From Minisyncoccia bacterium (GTDB taxonomy: Bacteria; Patescibacteriota; Minisyncoccia; Phycocordibacterales; UBA918): 64,000 nt of DNA. The stretch's first letter is position 1. Each line of letters begins with the position of its first letter. The stretch spans positions 158,428 to 222,427 of the forward strand of contig JBKBPM010000002.1 of assembly GCA_046293175.1 (NCBI GenBank), in the 5' to 3' direction. The notes beneath the pieces were generated by a model. The model made no database searches. It saw nothing but the letters and a program-made list of their open reading frames with translations, and was not told where the DNA came from. The position numbers and the translations under genes were made by a program. Positions 38,002 to 48,076 of this stretch are shown piece after piece.

Positions 38002-39126
38002 TTAATCAACCATGACCTCAGAGGCAATGGGGAAGGAGTTGTAGCCACGAGCACGCATACTGGCACAGTAGGCGCCGGTGTCATAGATACGGACCTCGTC
38101 ACCAATGTGAGCAGTTTTAAGTTTCCTTGGGGCAACTGATTCTGAGTCACCTGGTACGGTCGTGAAAATATCACCTGACTCGCAATTGTGTCCGACTACC
38201 ACATATTCCTCGTAGGTTTCTTCATCATTTATCACGGCAATCTTGTGTTGCGCGCCGTACATAGTAGTGCGAAGAAAGTCATTCATACCAGTGTTGAGTT
38301 TGAGGAAGGTGTAGCCGTTTTTACCAGTATCGACGATATCATCAATGGTGGCCACAAGCGTACCAGCATGCGCAATAAAGTAGGTGCCGGGTTCAATTTC
38401 AAGTGCTAACTGGCGTCCGGTGGAGGCGGCAAAAGCTTCGAGTTGTCGTTTGAATTCGGCAGCGATGATAGACATATCGGCTTCTTTTTCTTCGGCAAAG
38501 CGATGGACTTTATACCCACCACCAATATCAAGTGTGGTGACGTCAGGAAAGAGAGTAACTATCTCGAGCGCTCGAGCCATTACTTCACTCCAAACTTTTG
38601 GGTCAGCCCCGGAACCGATGTGGAGATGGAGACGATCAATGGTCCCTCCTGCCGCATCAGTACGTGCGAGGATATCAGGTATGTACTCATACCAGATACC
38701 AAAACTGGCGGACACCCCACCGGTACTCGTGCGAGCATTATGACCCATGCCCAAATCAGGATTAATGCGGACTGCAACGGTATCCGGACGACCTGGCGTA
38801 TCCAGAAAAAGCTCGAGTTGATGAAGTGATGTCGCTACAAACTGGACTTTGGCTGCGAGTAACTCGGGAAGATTGTGTGGCGTTTGCTGGGAAGAGAGTG
38901 AGATATGTGCGCCAGGGATACCAAGTGCGAGGAGCTCGCTTGCTTCATAGCTTGAGCTCGCATCAAAGTGCACACCATTTTTATGCATCAGAGCGATGAT
39001 GTCGGGGAAGGGGTTAGCTTTAACCGCGTACCGAACCGTGAGGCCGTAGGGTAGATCAAGGTTGGTGAGGAGATTAATTCGATCGCTAATGACCTGACGA
39101 CTATACTCGTAACGTGGGGTAGACAT
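38002..39126 (-). CDS. lysA: Diaminopimelate decarboxylase-like PLP enzyme
   Basis: YAVKAN, HLHIGSG, DIGGG, EPG, NCESGD, GAY. Confidence 0.8.
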   Translation of the reverse strand: MSTPRYEYSRQVISDRINLLTNLDLPYGLTVRYAVKANPFPDIIALMHKNGVHFDASSSYEASELLALGIPGAHISLSSQQTPHNLPELLAAKVQFVATSLHQLELFLDTPGRPDTVAVRINPDLGMGHNARTSTGGVSASFGIWYEYIPDILARTDAAGGTIDRLHLHIGSGADPKVWSEVMARALEIVTLFPDVTTLDIGGGYKVHRFAEEKEADMSIIAAEFKRQLEAFAASTGRQLALEIEPGTYFIAHAGTLVATIDDIVDTGKNGYTFLKLNTGMNDFLRTTMYGAQHKIAVINDEETYEEYVVVGHNCESGDIFTTVPGDSESVAPRKLKTAHIGDEVRIYDTGAYCASMRARGYNSFPIASEVMVD

Positions 39127-39177
39127 TGTTCAAGTATAGAATAGTAGCAGGTTAGACGCCAGATGGCATTTTTATTG

Positions 39178-39250
39178 GGCGGCTACCGGGAATTGAACCC
39201 GAATTGAGAGTTCCACAAACTCCAGTAATAACCATTATACCATAGCCGCC
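39178..39250 (-). tRNA. tRNA-His(GTG)
   Basis: G-1:C73 pair, TTGTGGA loop, GGTTCAATTCC; no 3' element. Confidence 0.94.
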
Positions 39251-39374
39251 ATATGTGTCGGCGAGCAATTGGTTGCTCGCGTGACCACTGTTATACCTAT
39301 TTTTTGGGAAAAAGTCGAGCCCTGTGTTGTCATTGGTAGTTAGCGAGATATTTTGTATACTTACGTATACCACT

Positions 39375-39470
39375 ATGGATCAAGAAACCCTCTTAATTGC
39401 TATTTTCTTCACCTTTATGATTGGTGCGGGAATTGGTTTTTACGCCACCAAAGTTATTATTGGCGTATGA
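39375..39470 (+). CDS. 31-aa single-TM small protein (not in the ORF track)
   Basis: MDQETLLIAIFFTFMIGAGIGFYATKVIIGV; ATGA overlap with the next gene; TATACT just upstream. Confidence 0.6.
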   Translation: MDQETLLIAIFFTFMIGAGIGFYATKVIIGV

Positions 39471-40597
39471 GTCGCTGGTTGTTTGGGGTAGTGACTGGTC
39501 TTTCCCTACTTATCGGGGGAGTATCGGTCTCTGCTCAGGAGGTTCACCAGGAACTGCAAGAGACCGTACGAGCCGAGGTCCTTGAGATTGTTGAGCAATA
39601 TGACCGAGATATCCTTGGTACCGGAGCGACGACCACAGTCCAGGAGCTTCGTGCTAAGCTCCTCTCGGGGAGTAAAGAAGGTGAGGTGGTGCGATTTGAA
39701 AACGACCTTATGGTACTTGAGGTGGGGGATAAGATATTCGTCAATCGTCTGATTGCCATTGATGGCGAGGAATACTATACCTTTAAGGATATCGAGCGGC
39801 GACCGCAGCTGTTGATTCTAGCGATTGTGCTTTCCATCCTCGTCGTGGTGTTTGCGCGCTGGCAAGGGCTGCGGGCGCTCCTGAGTCTCGCCCTCAGTGC
39901 GATCGCGATTATCTTCCTTCTTGTACCCGCCCTCCTCGCCGGCTATGATCCGGCGCTCGCAAGCTTTGCGATTGCAGCGGTCATCCTTGCCCTTACGCTC
40001 TTTTTGACCCATGGGTTTGGCATCTATGTGCGGATTGCGTATTTTGGCACTATGGCGGCGGTGGGGGTGACCTGTCTTATTGCTTGGGTGTCAGTCTCGT
40101 GGCTCCACCTCACGGGCTTTAGTGCGGATGCATCGGTGTATCTCAACTTCGCCACGGGCGGACAGCTTGATCTTGCTGGGCTCCTTCTTGGCGGAATTAT
40201 CATTGGGCTCCTGGGGGTTCTCGACGATGTCTCGATTACTCAGGCTTCAGTGGTCCAGGAGCTTCGCCGAGCCAACCCTACCCTCGGTATCCGGTCACTC
40301 TATGAACGAGGGGTACGGGTAGGTCGAGATCACGTTGGGTCGCTTGTTAATACCTTGGCGCTAGCCTATGTTGGTACCACACTCCCGCTTGTACTCCTCT
40401 ACGCCCAATCACAAGCGCCATTTTTGGATATTCTTAATCAGGAAGTAGTAGCCGCCGAGCTTGTGCGTATTATTGTGGGGAGTATTGGCCTTGTTCTGGC
40501 CGTACCATTCACCACTCTGGTCGCTGCTTACTACTTTTCTCGTCACGAAATTGACAACGATTCGTCCCCATCGCACAACCACCACCATTATCATTAG
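39467..40597 (+). CDS. YibE/F family membrane protein
   Basis: GIIIGLLGVLDDVSITQAS, VGRDHVGSLVNTLALAY, GSIGLVLAVP. Confidence 0.9.
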   Translation: MSRWLFGVVTGLSLLIGGVSVSAQEVHQELQETVRAEVLEIVEQYDRDILGTGATTTVQELRAKLLSGSKEGEVVRFENDLMVLEVGDKIFVNRLIAIDGEEYYTFKDIERRPQLLILAIVLSILVVVFARWQGLRALLSLALSAIAIIFLLVPALLAGYDPALASFAIAAVILALTLFLTHGFGIYVRIAYFGTMAAVGVTCLIAWVSVSWLHLTGFSADASVYLNFATGGQLDLAGLLLGGIIIGLLGVLDDVSITQASVVQELRRANPTLGIRSLYERGVRVGRDHVGSLVNTLALAYVGTTLPLVLLYAQSQAPFLDILNQEVVAAELVRIIVGSIGLVLAVPFTTLVAAYYFSRHEIDNDSSPSHNHHHYH

Positions 40598-40651
40598 AAG
40601 CGTATACTATTATTACCTTTATTTAATCAAGGGTAATTTTTAAACAAAATT

Positions 40652-41044
40652 ATGAAAGCATTTTTAGAAGAATTCAAAGCCTTCGCCATGCGAGGGAACG
40701 TTGTTGATTTGGCCGTAGCGGTGATTATTGGTACCGCTTTTGGCAAGATTGTCTCATCACTCGTTGAGAACATCTTTATGCCAATCATTGGCATCTTGGT
40801 CGGTGGGGTGGACTTTACCGGCTGGACATTGACTGTTGGCGAAGCAAATATTACCTACGGCGCGTTTATTCAGAGTGTTTTTGACTTTATCATTGTGGCC
40901 CTCGTCATCTTTATGGTGGTGAAGGCGATGGCTAAAATGAAGAAGACTGCAGAAGAAGCACCAACAAAGCCAGTAGAACCATCAGCTGAGGTAAAGCTGT
41001 TGACCGAAATCCGCGACAGTCTTCGCCACCATCACCACAACTAA
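40652..41044 (+). CDS. mscL: Large-conductance mechanosensitive channel
   Basis: [28 protein letters not shown]. Confidence 0.97.
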   Translation: MKAFLEEFKAFAMRGNVVDLAVAVIIGTAFGKIVSSLVENIFMPIIGILVGGVDFTGWTLTVGEANITYGAFIQSVFDFIIVALVIFMVVKAMAKMKKTAEEAPTKPVEPSAEVKLLTEIRDSLRHHHHN

Positions 41045-41420
41045 AGATAAAGATTGTTGTGGCGAGATACAACCCGCAAAACAGCCAAAGCGCGTGACAG
41101 CATAGTCACGTGCTTTTGCTTTCTCTCGCCAAAGTCATAAATCAGTATTCCAATACGTACTGTCCACCAGTTATCCACATTTGGTGGGGTGTGGTGGCGA
41201 ATATAACTATATTTTTCAATCCTATTTCCGAAAAGACTGGTCTTTTTACAAGAAAGCAAAACCACTCTATGATAGAGGTACCGCACGAGTTCTCCAATCG
41301 TGCGTGTCGGAGGTATAGACACGCCACGTGCACGCCAATTTCATGACGTGAACCATGGCCAGCATGTTCTGGTGTGTCTTTATTTCCCTCATTCTTTCCC
41401 AGACCCAATCGGCACGTAGG

Positions 41421-41469
41421 ACACTAGAGTTAGTCGCTTGAGTACTATACGCACCACCACAGATTGTGT
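41421..41469 (+). promoter_or_regulatory. Possible tandem NrdR boxes
   Basis: ACACTAGAGTTAGTCG (41421) and CCACCACAGATTGTGT (41454) match acaCwAtATaTwGtgt at 11/16 and 12/16, 33 bp apart, upstream of nrdB. Confidence 0.4.
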
Positions 41470-41521
41470 TTGGATGAGAAACCAATTATTACCACTGTCG
41501 CCTAACTGTTCTTGTTGTGAT

Positions 41522-42835
41522 ATGGAAATTAAGCAGATAAAAAAGCGTGACGGTTCAATCAAGCCTTTTGATATTGCAAAGATTGAGCACGCCATTCTGA
41601 GGGCTCTCATGGAGACCAATGCCGGTGGAGAAGCAGATGCCAAAAAAGTTGCAACGCTCGTCCATCAAAAAGTAGTATCAATGTGTGTCCAAGCCGGCAC
41701 GGCTGAAGCTGGTGATCCAAAGGCGCAGAAATGTGTTGATGGATACCCAACCGTCGAAGAAATCCAAGACCTGGTTGAGGCGTCACTCATGGAGCTTAAC
41801 TATTTTGATACCGCCAAGGCGTACATCATTTATCGTAATGAGCGGAAGAAGATGCGTGAGCGAGATATTTTCCGCAAACGCCAGCACCTCAAGCCCTACG
41901 AGTACCCAGAACTGTACGAGTATGTTGATGCTATCCGCCACTCCTACTGGGTACACACTGAATTCAACTTTACCGGTGACGTGCAGCACTTCCACGTGAA
42001 CGTCAACGATGCTGAACGAAACGCTATCAAGAACACAATGCTTGCTATCGCGCAGATTGAAGTCGCGGTGAAAAGCTTTTGGGGGGACATATACAAGAAG
42101 ATGCCAAAGCCAGAGATTGGGGCGGTGGGGTCTACTTTTGCGGAATCTGAGATTCGTCACACTGATGCCTATTCACACCTGCTTGAAATTCTTGGTCTCA
42201 ATAATGAGTTTGCCAAGATCAAAGATATTCCTGTGATTAAGCAGCGTATGGACTACCTTGATAAGGTAGCTGAACTCTCACGTACGCAGGAGAACCGTGA
42301 GTACGCACACGCGATCATGCTCTTCTCACTTTTTATAGAACATGTGTCATTGTTCTCACAGTTCCTCATCATGATGTCATTTAACAAGCACAAGAACTTG
42401 TTTAAAGGTATCAGTAATGCGGTCGAGGCAACCAGTAAAGAAGAGAACCTTCACGGCCTCTTTGGTATTGATGTGATCAACATCATTAAAGAAGAACACC
42501 CAGAATGGTTTGATAAGGCGATGCAAGAAGCAATCTTAAAGGCATGTGAAGAAGCGTACGAAGCTGAAAGTCGCGTGGTGGACTGGATTTTCGAAGCGGG
42601 AGAACTCGACTTTTTGCCGTCACAGAACGTGAAGGAATTTATCAAGAATCGTCTCAATAACTCACTTGCGGCTATTGGTATGCCTCGCCACTTTGAAGTA
42701 AGTGAAGCTCTCCTTGAGGAAACTGATTGGTTTGATAATGAAGTCATTGCGACCAAACACGTCGACTTCTTCGATAAGCGTTCAATCAACTACAACAAAC
42801 GCGCTGCCAGTGTCACCAGTGAAGATTTATTCTAG
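41522..42835 (+). CDS. nrdB: Class I ribonucleotide reductase beta subunit with N-terminal ATP-cone
   Basis: IKKRDG..FD..KI, VEEIQDLVE, AKAYIIYR (ATP-cone); QIEVAVK, ESEIRHTDAY, IEHVSLFSQF, EENLH. Confidence 0.93.
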   Translation: MEIKQIKKRDGSIKPFDIAKIEHAILRALMETNAGGEADAKKVATLVHQKVVSMCVQAGTAEAGDPKAQKCVDGYPTVEEIQDLVEASLMELNYFDTAKAYIIYRNERKKMRERDIFRKRQHLKPYEYPELYEYVDAIRHSYWVHTEFNFTGDVQHFHVNVNDAERNAIKNTMLAIAQIEVAVKSFWGDIYKKMPKPEIGAVGSTFAESEIRHTDAYSHLLEILGLNNEFAKIKDIPVIKQRMDYLDKVAELSRTQENREYAHAIMLFSLFIEHVSLFSQFLIMMSFNKHKNLFKGISNAVEATSKEENLHGLFGIDVINIIKEEHPEWFDKAMQEAILKACEEAYEAESRVVDWIFEAGELDFLPSQNVKEFIKNRLNNSLAAIGMPRHFEVSEALLEETDWFDNEVIATKHVDFFDKRSINYNKRAASVTSEDLF

Positions 42836-42856
42836 TAATGCTGTATTTCTGTCCAT

Positions 42857-44551
42857 ATGTCTATTAACTACCAAGAGCCGTGGTACTGGGTAAATGAAAA
42901 TACCCGAGCCTTCATGTCCCGGGGGTACCTCGTTGACGGTCAGACGACCGAAGAACGAGTTCGTTACATTGGCGAGTACGCCGAAAAAGTATTAAATAAA
43001 CCAGGCTTTGCGAAGAAGTTTGAGGATTATATGAGTCGTGGCTGGATTTCGCTCGCCACACCAGTATGGGCCAACTTTGGTCTTAAGCGTGGTCTACCAA
43101 TCAGTTGTTTTGGCTCGTTTGTGGCAGATGATATGGCGAACATTCTCCATACGCAGGCCGAAGTTGGGATGATGAGTAAGTACGGTGGGGGATGCTCTGC
43201 TTATTTTGGTGATCTTCGTCCACGTGGTAGCGAAATTACCCAGAATGGACACTCATCTGGTCCAGTCCACTTCATGCAGCTGTTTGAAAAGATTCTTGAT
43301 GTGGTGAGTCAAGGAGCAACTCGTCGTGGTGTTTTTGCTGCCTACCTGCCGGTTGAACATCCCGATATTCTTGAGTTTCTCGATATTGGCACCGAAGGGA
43401 ATCCGATTCAAAAAATCAACCATGCAGTGACGGTAACTAATAAGTGGATGGAAGAGATGGTGGCGGGCGATGCTGATAAGCGTGCAATTTGGGCGAAGGT
43501 GATACAGCGCCGCGGTGAAATCGGCTACCCGTACATTATCTTCATTGATAATGCGAACGAAGGGAAGCCAGACGTCTACAAGGACAAGAATCTCCCGATT
43601 TATGCAAGTAATGTCTGTAGTGAGATTATGCTCCCGAGTAACCGTGATTGGTCATTTGTGTGTTGTCTCTCGTCTATTAACATCATGCATTATGATGACT
43701 GGAAGGATACTGATCTCGTCGAAACGATGACCTACTTCCTTGACGCGGTGATGAGTGAGTTTATCTCGAAGCTCGAAGTCATGCGTGATCACGAGGATAA
43801 GGACAAGCGTCTAGCCTTCCGTTTTATGGAACGACCATACAACTTTGCGGTGGCGAACCGTGCGCTGGGACTTGGGGTGCTGGGGTACCACTCATACTTA
43901 CAGTCAAAAGGTCTGCCGTTTGAAAGTGAAGAAGCTAGACGTATCAACAAAGAGATTTTTGCCTTGATGCAAGAGCGGTCACTGAAGGCTTCAGCTGAAA
44001 TGGCTAAAGAGTACGGTGAACCAGAAATCCTTAAGGGTTATGGCCGCCGCCACACAACCACCATGGCGATTGCCCCGACTACCTCATCAGCCTTTATTCT
44101 TGGTCAGGTGTCACAGGGGATTGAACCAATCTGGTCCAACTGCTACATTAAGGACGTGGCGAAGCTCAAGGTGGTTATTAAGAACCCAACACTTGAAACC
44201 TTGCTTGATGAGAAAGGGAAGAACACCAAAGAAGTCTGGGACAGTATTCGTGACAACGATGGTTCGGTGCAACACCTTGATTTTCTCTCTGATGATGAAA
44301 AGGCGGTATTCCGCACCTTTGCCGAGATTGATCAGAGCAAGCTCATTATGCACGCTGGTGAACGGCAAAAGTTTATTGACCAAGGGCAATCACTCAATGT
44401 GATGGTGGCGCCTGATACGCCAGTAAAGGAAATCAACCAGCTCTACCTCCAGGCCTGGAAGCAGGGTTGCAAGGCACTCTACTACCAACACAGTATGAAC
44501 GCCGCACAGCAGTTGACTCGCAAGAAGATTCAGGAACGAGCGCAGAAGTGA
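42857..44551 (+). CDS. nrdA: Class I ribonucleotide reductase alpha subunit (no ATP-cone, no C-terminal CxxC)
   Basis: ISCF, SNVCSEI, VCCLSS, IAPTTSS, DQGQSLN, ALYY. Confidence 0.93.
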   Translation: MSINYQEPWYWVNENTRAFMSRGYLVDGQTTEERVRYIGEYAEKVLNKPGFAKKFEDYMSRGWISLATPVWANFGLKRGLPISCFGSFVADDMANILHTQAEVGMMSKYGGGCSAYFGDLRPRGSEITQNGHSSGPVHFMQLFEKILDVVSQGATRRGVFAAYLPVEHPDILEFLDIGTEGNPIQKINHAVTVTNKWMEEMVAGDADKRAIWAKVIQRRGEIGYPYIIFIDNANEGKPDVYKDKNLPIYASNVCSEIMLPSNRDWSFVCCLSSINIMHYDDWKDTDLVETMTYFLDAVMSEFISKLEVMRDHEDKDKRLAFRFMERPYNFAVANRALGLGVLGYHSYLQSKGLPFESEEARRINKEIFALMQERSLKASAEMAKEYGEPEILKGYGRRHTTTMAIAPTTSSAFILGQVSQGIEPIWSNCYIKDVAKLKVVIKNPTLETLLDEKGKNTKEVWDSIRDNDGSVQHLDFLSDDEKAVFRTFAEIDQSKLIMHAGERQKFIDQGQSLNVMVAPDTPVKEINQLYLQAWKQGCKALYYQHSMNAAQQLTRKKIQERAQK

Positions 44552-44708
44552 AATGAGCCAAGGAGGCTACAAGCCGACTATGGTGAATTTCCACCTGTGA
44601 GGCTTATCTTTAATGGCCTCATCGACGCACTACCACTTTGTTTATTAAATTGCCAAAGAAAAAGCCCGCCGATGTCCGTATCGACGGGCTTTTTTGGTGG
44701 GAGAGTAA

Positions 44709-45029
44709 TCAGTGGGCAAACTGCTCGCAGAGGATGGCGAGCATGTTTTCGGCCGTAAGCGCATCCTTGTCGCGCTTTTGCCAGTCCTTTTCAAGCTGGC
44801 GAAAGGTTTTTGGTCGCTGACAGCCAAGTATCTCGCCGATAGCGAAGAGCAGATTGATCAGATGATCGTTGACCTGTTTCTTGCGTAGACTGAGTTGACC
44901 AAAACGAAGCCTCTGGTCTTCTTTTTCGAGTTTACGAAACTCGGCGACCACCTCGGGGAGGGTGATGCTGCCATCGGTCAGATGGATATTGGCAGCGTGC
45001 ATGAACGGGGAGATGGGAAGATCAGTCAT
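44709..45029 (-). CDS. Hypothetical protein
   Basis: SD-like AAAGGA before MTDLP; terminator hairpin at about 44659-44696. Confidence 0.6.
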   Translation of the reverse strand: MTDLPISPFMHAANIHLTDGSITLPEVVAEFRKLEKEDQRLRFGQLSLRKKQVNDHLINLLFAIGEILGCQRPKTFRQLEKDWQKRDKDALTAENMLAILCEQFAH

Positions 45030-45295
45030 CAGTCGTCCTTTCTGCCACAACGGGCTTGGTTGATGTTTCCGCACTACCATACAACAGTCCTTTGATTTTG
45101 TATACAGTAGCCGTGGATATGTCCCTTCGGTAACTGCACACCTCGTGTATGATAGAGGGTAAGGAAGCCAAAGCGGTGTTGGGCAGGGACTATGTTTCGC
45201 GACGACATGGTCCCCGCCGAGTACCGCTTTGCTTTATATACATGGGCTGATACACTAAATGGTAGTGTAGTCTCAATTGGCGCAGGGAGGTGTCA

Positions 45296-45559
45296 ATGTT
45301 CCCGTTTTTTCTAAACGTGTCTGGTCTCCTCTTTGGGAGCGCTGAGATAGTACTACGGCCCAACTTTCCTTCGTGTGAGCGGTGGGAAGCGCCACAGGTA
45401 CAAGTCGAGCAAGTGGCTTGCTTGTGCAAAGAAGTAGCAGGTCTAGATTTTTGTGTGGGAAATTTACTTCGCCGTACAAAATTCATCGAGGTGTATCTAA
45501 TCCCGCGAAATGGACAACATCCGCTTCTGTACTTGAAGATGAAGTTGGAAAAACAATGA
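45296..45559 (+). CDS. Hypothetical protein
   Basis: GGAGGT SD 5 nt before ATG; hairpin GGGGCGACC/GGTCGCCCC after the stop. Confidence 0.5.
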   Translation: MFPFFLNVSGLLFGSAEIVLRPNFPSCERWEAPQVQVEQVACLCKEVAGLDFCVGNLLRRTKFIEVYLIPRNGQHPLLYLKMKLEKQ

Positions 45560-45610
45560 ACGGGGCGACCAACGGTCGCCCCTTCGCCTGCAATTTTGTA
45601 TAATATCATC

Positions 45611-45991
45611 ATGGATTCATACCTTGACCAAGTAATACAAAGTCCCTCGCGTGTGCTTGCCACCTATGGTCCGGCTGGACTAAATGTGGTGCCGGTGTCT
45701 GTAGTTACCAAAGAGGGTGACACACTCACCCTCTACGATTTTTTTATGGGGAAGACTGTCGTTAATATCAAAGCTACTGGTGAGGTGGCATTAACCGCTT
45801 GGGATGGACTGTCAGGTATTCAAATCAAGGGTCAGGCTTGTTACGAATCATCAGGGGAATCGTATACTAATGCGGTGACCGTCATGCGCGGGCGGTTTCC
45901 AGAACGAACGCTTCGTGGCCTTATTCGTATTAGTCCAAAGACGGTATTTTTGGTTTCACCTGGTACTGAGGCTGGACAACAATTAGTATAG
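45611..45991 (+). CDS. Pyridoxamine 5'-phosphate oxidase-like FMN-binding protein
   Basis: VLAT, NVVPV, FMGKTVVNI, GIQIKGQA. Confidence 0.82.
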   Translation: MDSYLDQVIQSPSRVLATYGPAGLNVVPVSVVTKEGDTLTLYDFFMGKTVVNIKATGEVALTAWDGLSGIQIKGQACYESSGESYTNAVTVMRGRFPERTLRGLIRISPKTVFLVSPGTEAGQQLV

Positions 45992-46001
45992 GCATATTGG
46001 T

Positions 46002-46943
46002 ATGCTCAGAACTCTGTCGTTATTATTAATAGTCTCTTTAGCGCTCTACTGGTATGCGGCGGTGGGACAGGTGTGCCAGGCGCCACTCTCGTACCAGATT
46101 GTCGGACCAATCGATGAACGATTTGGTATCACTGAGGCAGAAGCCGCCGAAGCAGTCAAAGAGGCAGAGACGGTCTGGGAAGAAGCGCTCGGGCGAGAGC
46201 TCTTCTATGTGGCAGCGGGAAGTCGCGCTGACGTCACGATTAATTTCGTATTTGGTGAGCGACAAGCTACCGCAATCGCTGAAGCTGACTTTAGGGAGCG
46301 TCTTCTCGACAAACAAATGTCTTCAAGTGATTTGCAGGCAGAGTACGATAAGCTCGTCAGTGCATATCAAGCCGCCCGAAAGGCACACGAAGCTCGGGTA
46401 GGAACCTACGAAGCACGACTAGCCTCATACAATGCAGAGGTTGCTCGCTACAACAATGAGGGCGGAGCACCGCCTGATGTGTATGAACGGTTAGATCAAA
46501 CTGAAGGGGAGTTGGCTAAAGAAGCCGACTCCCTCGAGGCCGAAGCCGCTGTGCTCCAAGAGCAGGCCGCTGAGATCAATAAACTCGGTGAAGCTGGTAA
46601 CCAAATTATTCGCCAGTACAACGCCGGTGTAGAGTCGTACAACGAGCAATTTGGCACCGCTGAAGAGTTTACCGAAGGGGACTACCAAGATGGTCGTATC
46701 AATATCTATACTTTTGCCAATGAGGCAGAATTAGTGAAGGTACTCGCGCATGAACTTGGGCACTCCTTATCAGTGTCTCACGTTGAGGGGAGCAATTCCG
46801 TGATGTATTATTTACTCGAGGATCAACCGACGCCTTTGACCTTATCACCACAAGATACTGCTGCCGTGACAGCTGTCTGTGGAGAGACCGGCAGTGTTGG
46901 GACGAAAGTAAGAACACTTATTAATCGTTATATATTATTATAG
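46002..46943 (+). CDS. Matrixin-family zinc metalloprotease with coiled-coil insert
   Basis: HELGHSLSVSH, SVMY Met-turn, signal anchor. Confidence 0.87.
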   Translation: MLRTLSLLLIVSLALYWYAAVGQVCQAPLSYQIVGPIDERFGITEAEAAEAVKEAETVWEEALGRELFYVAAGSRADVTINFVFGERQATAIAEADFRERLLDKQMSSSDLQAEYDKLVSAYQAARKAHEARVGTYEARLASYNAEVARYNNEGGAPPDVYERLDQTEGELAKEADSLEAEAAVLQEQAAEINKLGEAGNQIIRQYNAGVESYNEQFGTAEEFTEGDYQDGRINIYTFANEAELVKVLAHELGHSLSVSHVEGSNSVMYYLLEDQPTPLTLSPQDTAAVTAVCGETGSVGTKVRTLINRYILL

Positions 46944-46945
46944 TT

Positions 46946-47734
46946 ATGAATAGTTTGTTTAGTACTGTGCTCAATCGTACCTTAGCGACACTTGTTCTCG
47001 TTGGGATCGTAGCTGCGCTTGGTAGTTATGCGTACGTAACGCTCAAAAATGCAGGCGGTTGGGTTGGGCCAACAACAATTAATGTGGTTGGTAATGGTGA
47101 AGTAACGGCCGTGCCTGATATTGCAACCTTCTCATTTTCAGTGAAGGCGGAAGGGGCTGATGCAGCCGCCGCTCAGGCCAAGTCAACTGAAGCAATGAAG
47201 GCCGTCAATGATTACTTGAAGGGTGAGGGGGTTGAAGAAAAAGATATCAAAACAACAGGATACAATTTGATGCCAAAGTACACCTACGAAACAAAACCTT
47301 GTGCGATGGGTATGTGGTGTCCACCTGGGGAGCAGAAGCAAGATGGCTTTGAGGTTTACCAAACGGTGACCGTCAAGGTGCGCGATACCGCAAAGGCTGG
47401 CAACCTGCTCACTGGAGTTGGAAGCAAGGGAGCTACTGATATCAGTGGTCTTGGTTTCACCATCGATGATGACGAGAAGTACAAAGCTGATGCTCGCAAG
47501 CTTGCTATTGAAGACGCCAAGGCACAAGCTGAAGCGCTTGCGGAACAGCTCGGTGTCCGTTTGGTTGAGATGACAGGCTACTACGAAGAGTCGCCAATGA
47601 ACCCAATGCCATACTACGGTATGGGTGGTGACATGGCGATGTCTGCCAAGGCAGAGATGGCGCCAGCCGCTGATGTACCAATGGGTGAAAACACTATCAC
47701 CAGTCGCGTCAATTTGACCTACACAATTCGCTAG
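46946..47734 (+). CDS. SIMPL (DUF541) domain protein
   Basis: INVVGNGEVTAVPDIA, DIKT, AIEDAKAQAEALA. Confidence 0.9.
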   Translation: MNSLFSTVLNRTLATLVLVGIVAALGSYAYVTLKNAGGWVGPTTINVVGNGEVTAVPDIATFSFSVKAEGADAAAAQAKSTEAMKAVNDYLKGEGVEEKDIKTTGYNLMPKYTYETKPCAMGMWCPPGEQKQDGFEVYQTVTVKVRDTAKAGNLLTGVGSKGATDISGLGFTIDDDEKYKADARKLAIEDAKAQAEALAEQLGVRLVEMTGYYEESPMNPMPYYGMGGDMAMSAKAEMAPAADVPMGENTITSRVNLTYTIR

Positions 47735-47882
47735 TTTAATCGATTTAGGCAACACAAAAGACCCCGCCGGGGTCTTTTGTTTTGCCTGCGGTTGACACCC
47801 TCATAACGGGGGAGTATAGTAGTACTAAATCGCCCCCGAGGCGTTTTTATTTTGACCACCTATTCGTTAATTAATTACTATT

Positions 47883-48071
47883 ATGGAACGTTTTTCTCGT
47901 TACATTCGCGCTACCATCGCTGAAATGAAGCATGTAAAGTGGCCAACTCGCCATCAGGCTGGGGTGTATACCGTGCTCGTTATTGGTATTTCTGCTATCG
48001 TGATGGTTTTTGTGTCACTCGCAGACTTTGTCTTTACCTCTGGTATCGACTTTATTATTAATCGCTTCTAA
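47883..48071 (+). CDS. secE: Preprotein translocase SecE
   Basis: EMKHVKWPT, TM; directly before nusG. Confidence 0.92.
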   Translation: MERFSRYIRATIAEMKHVKWPTRHQAGVYTVLVIGISAIVMVFVSLADFVFTSGIDFIINRF

Positions 48072-48076
48072 ATCGT

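Noticed and set aside
41161-41200. Replication origin
   Set aside because: Only one perfect DnaA box (TTATCCACA, 41171-41179) and no dnaA/dnaN nearby; it could at most be regulatory.
44549-44551. Genetic code 25 (TGA=Gly) or selenocysteine read-through of nrdA
   Set aside because: Several genes end at TGA with ATGA overlaps and long ORFs lack internal TGA; read-through alone would not restore CxxC.
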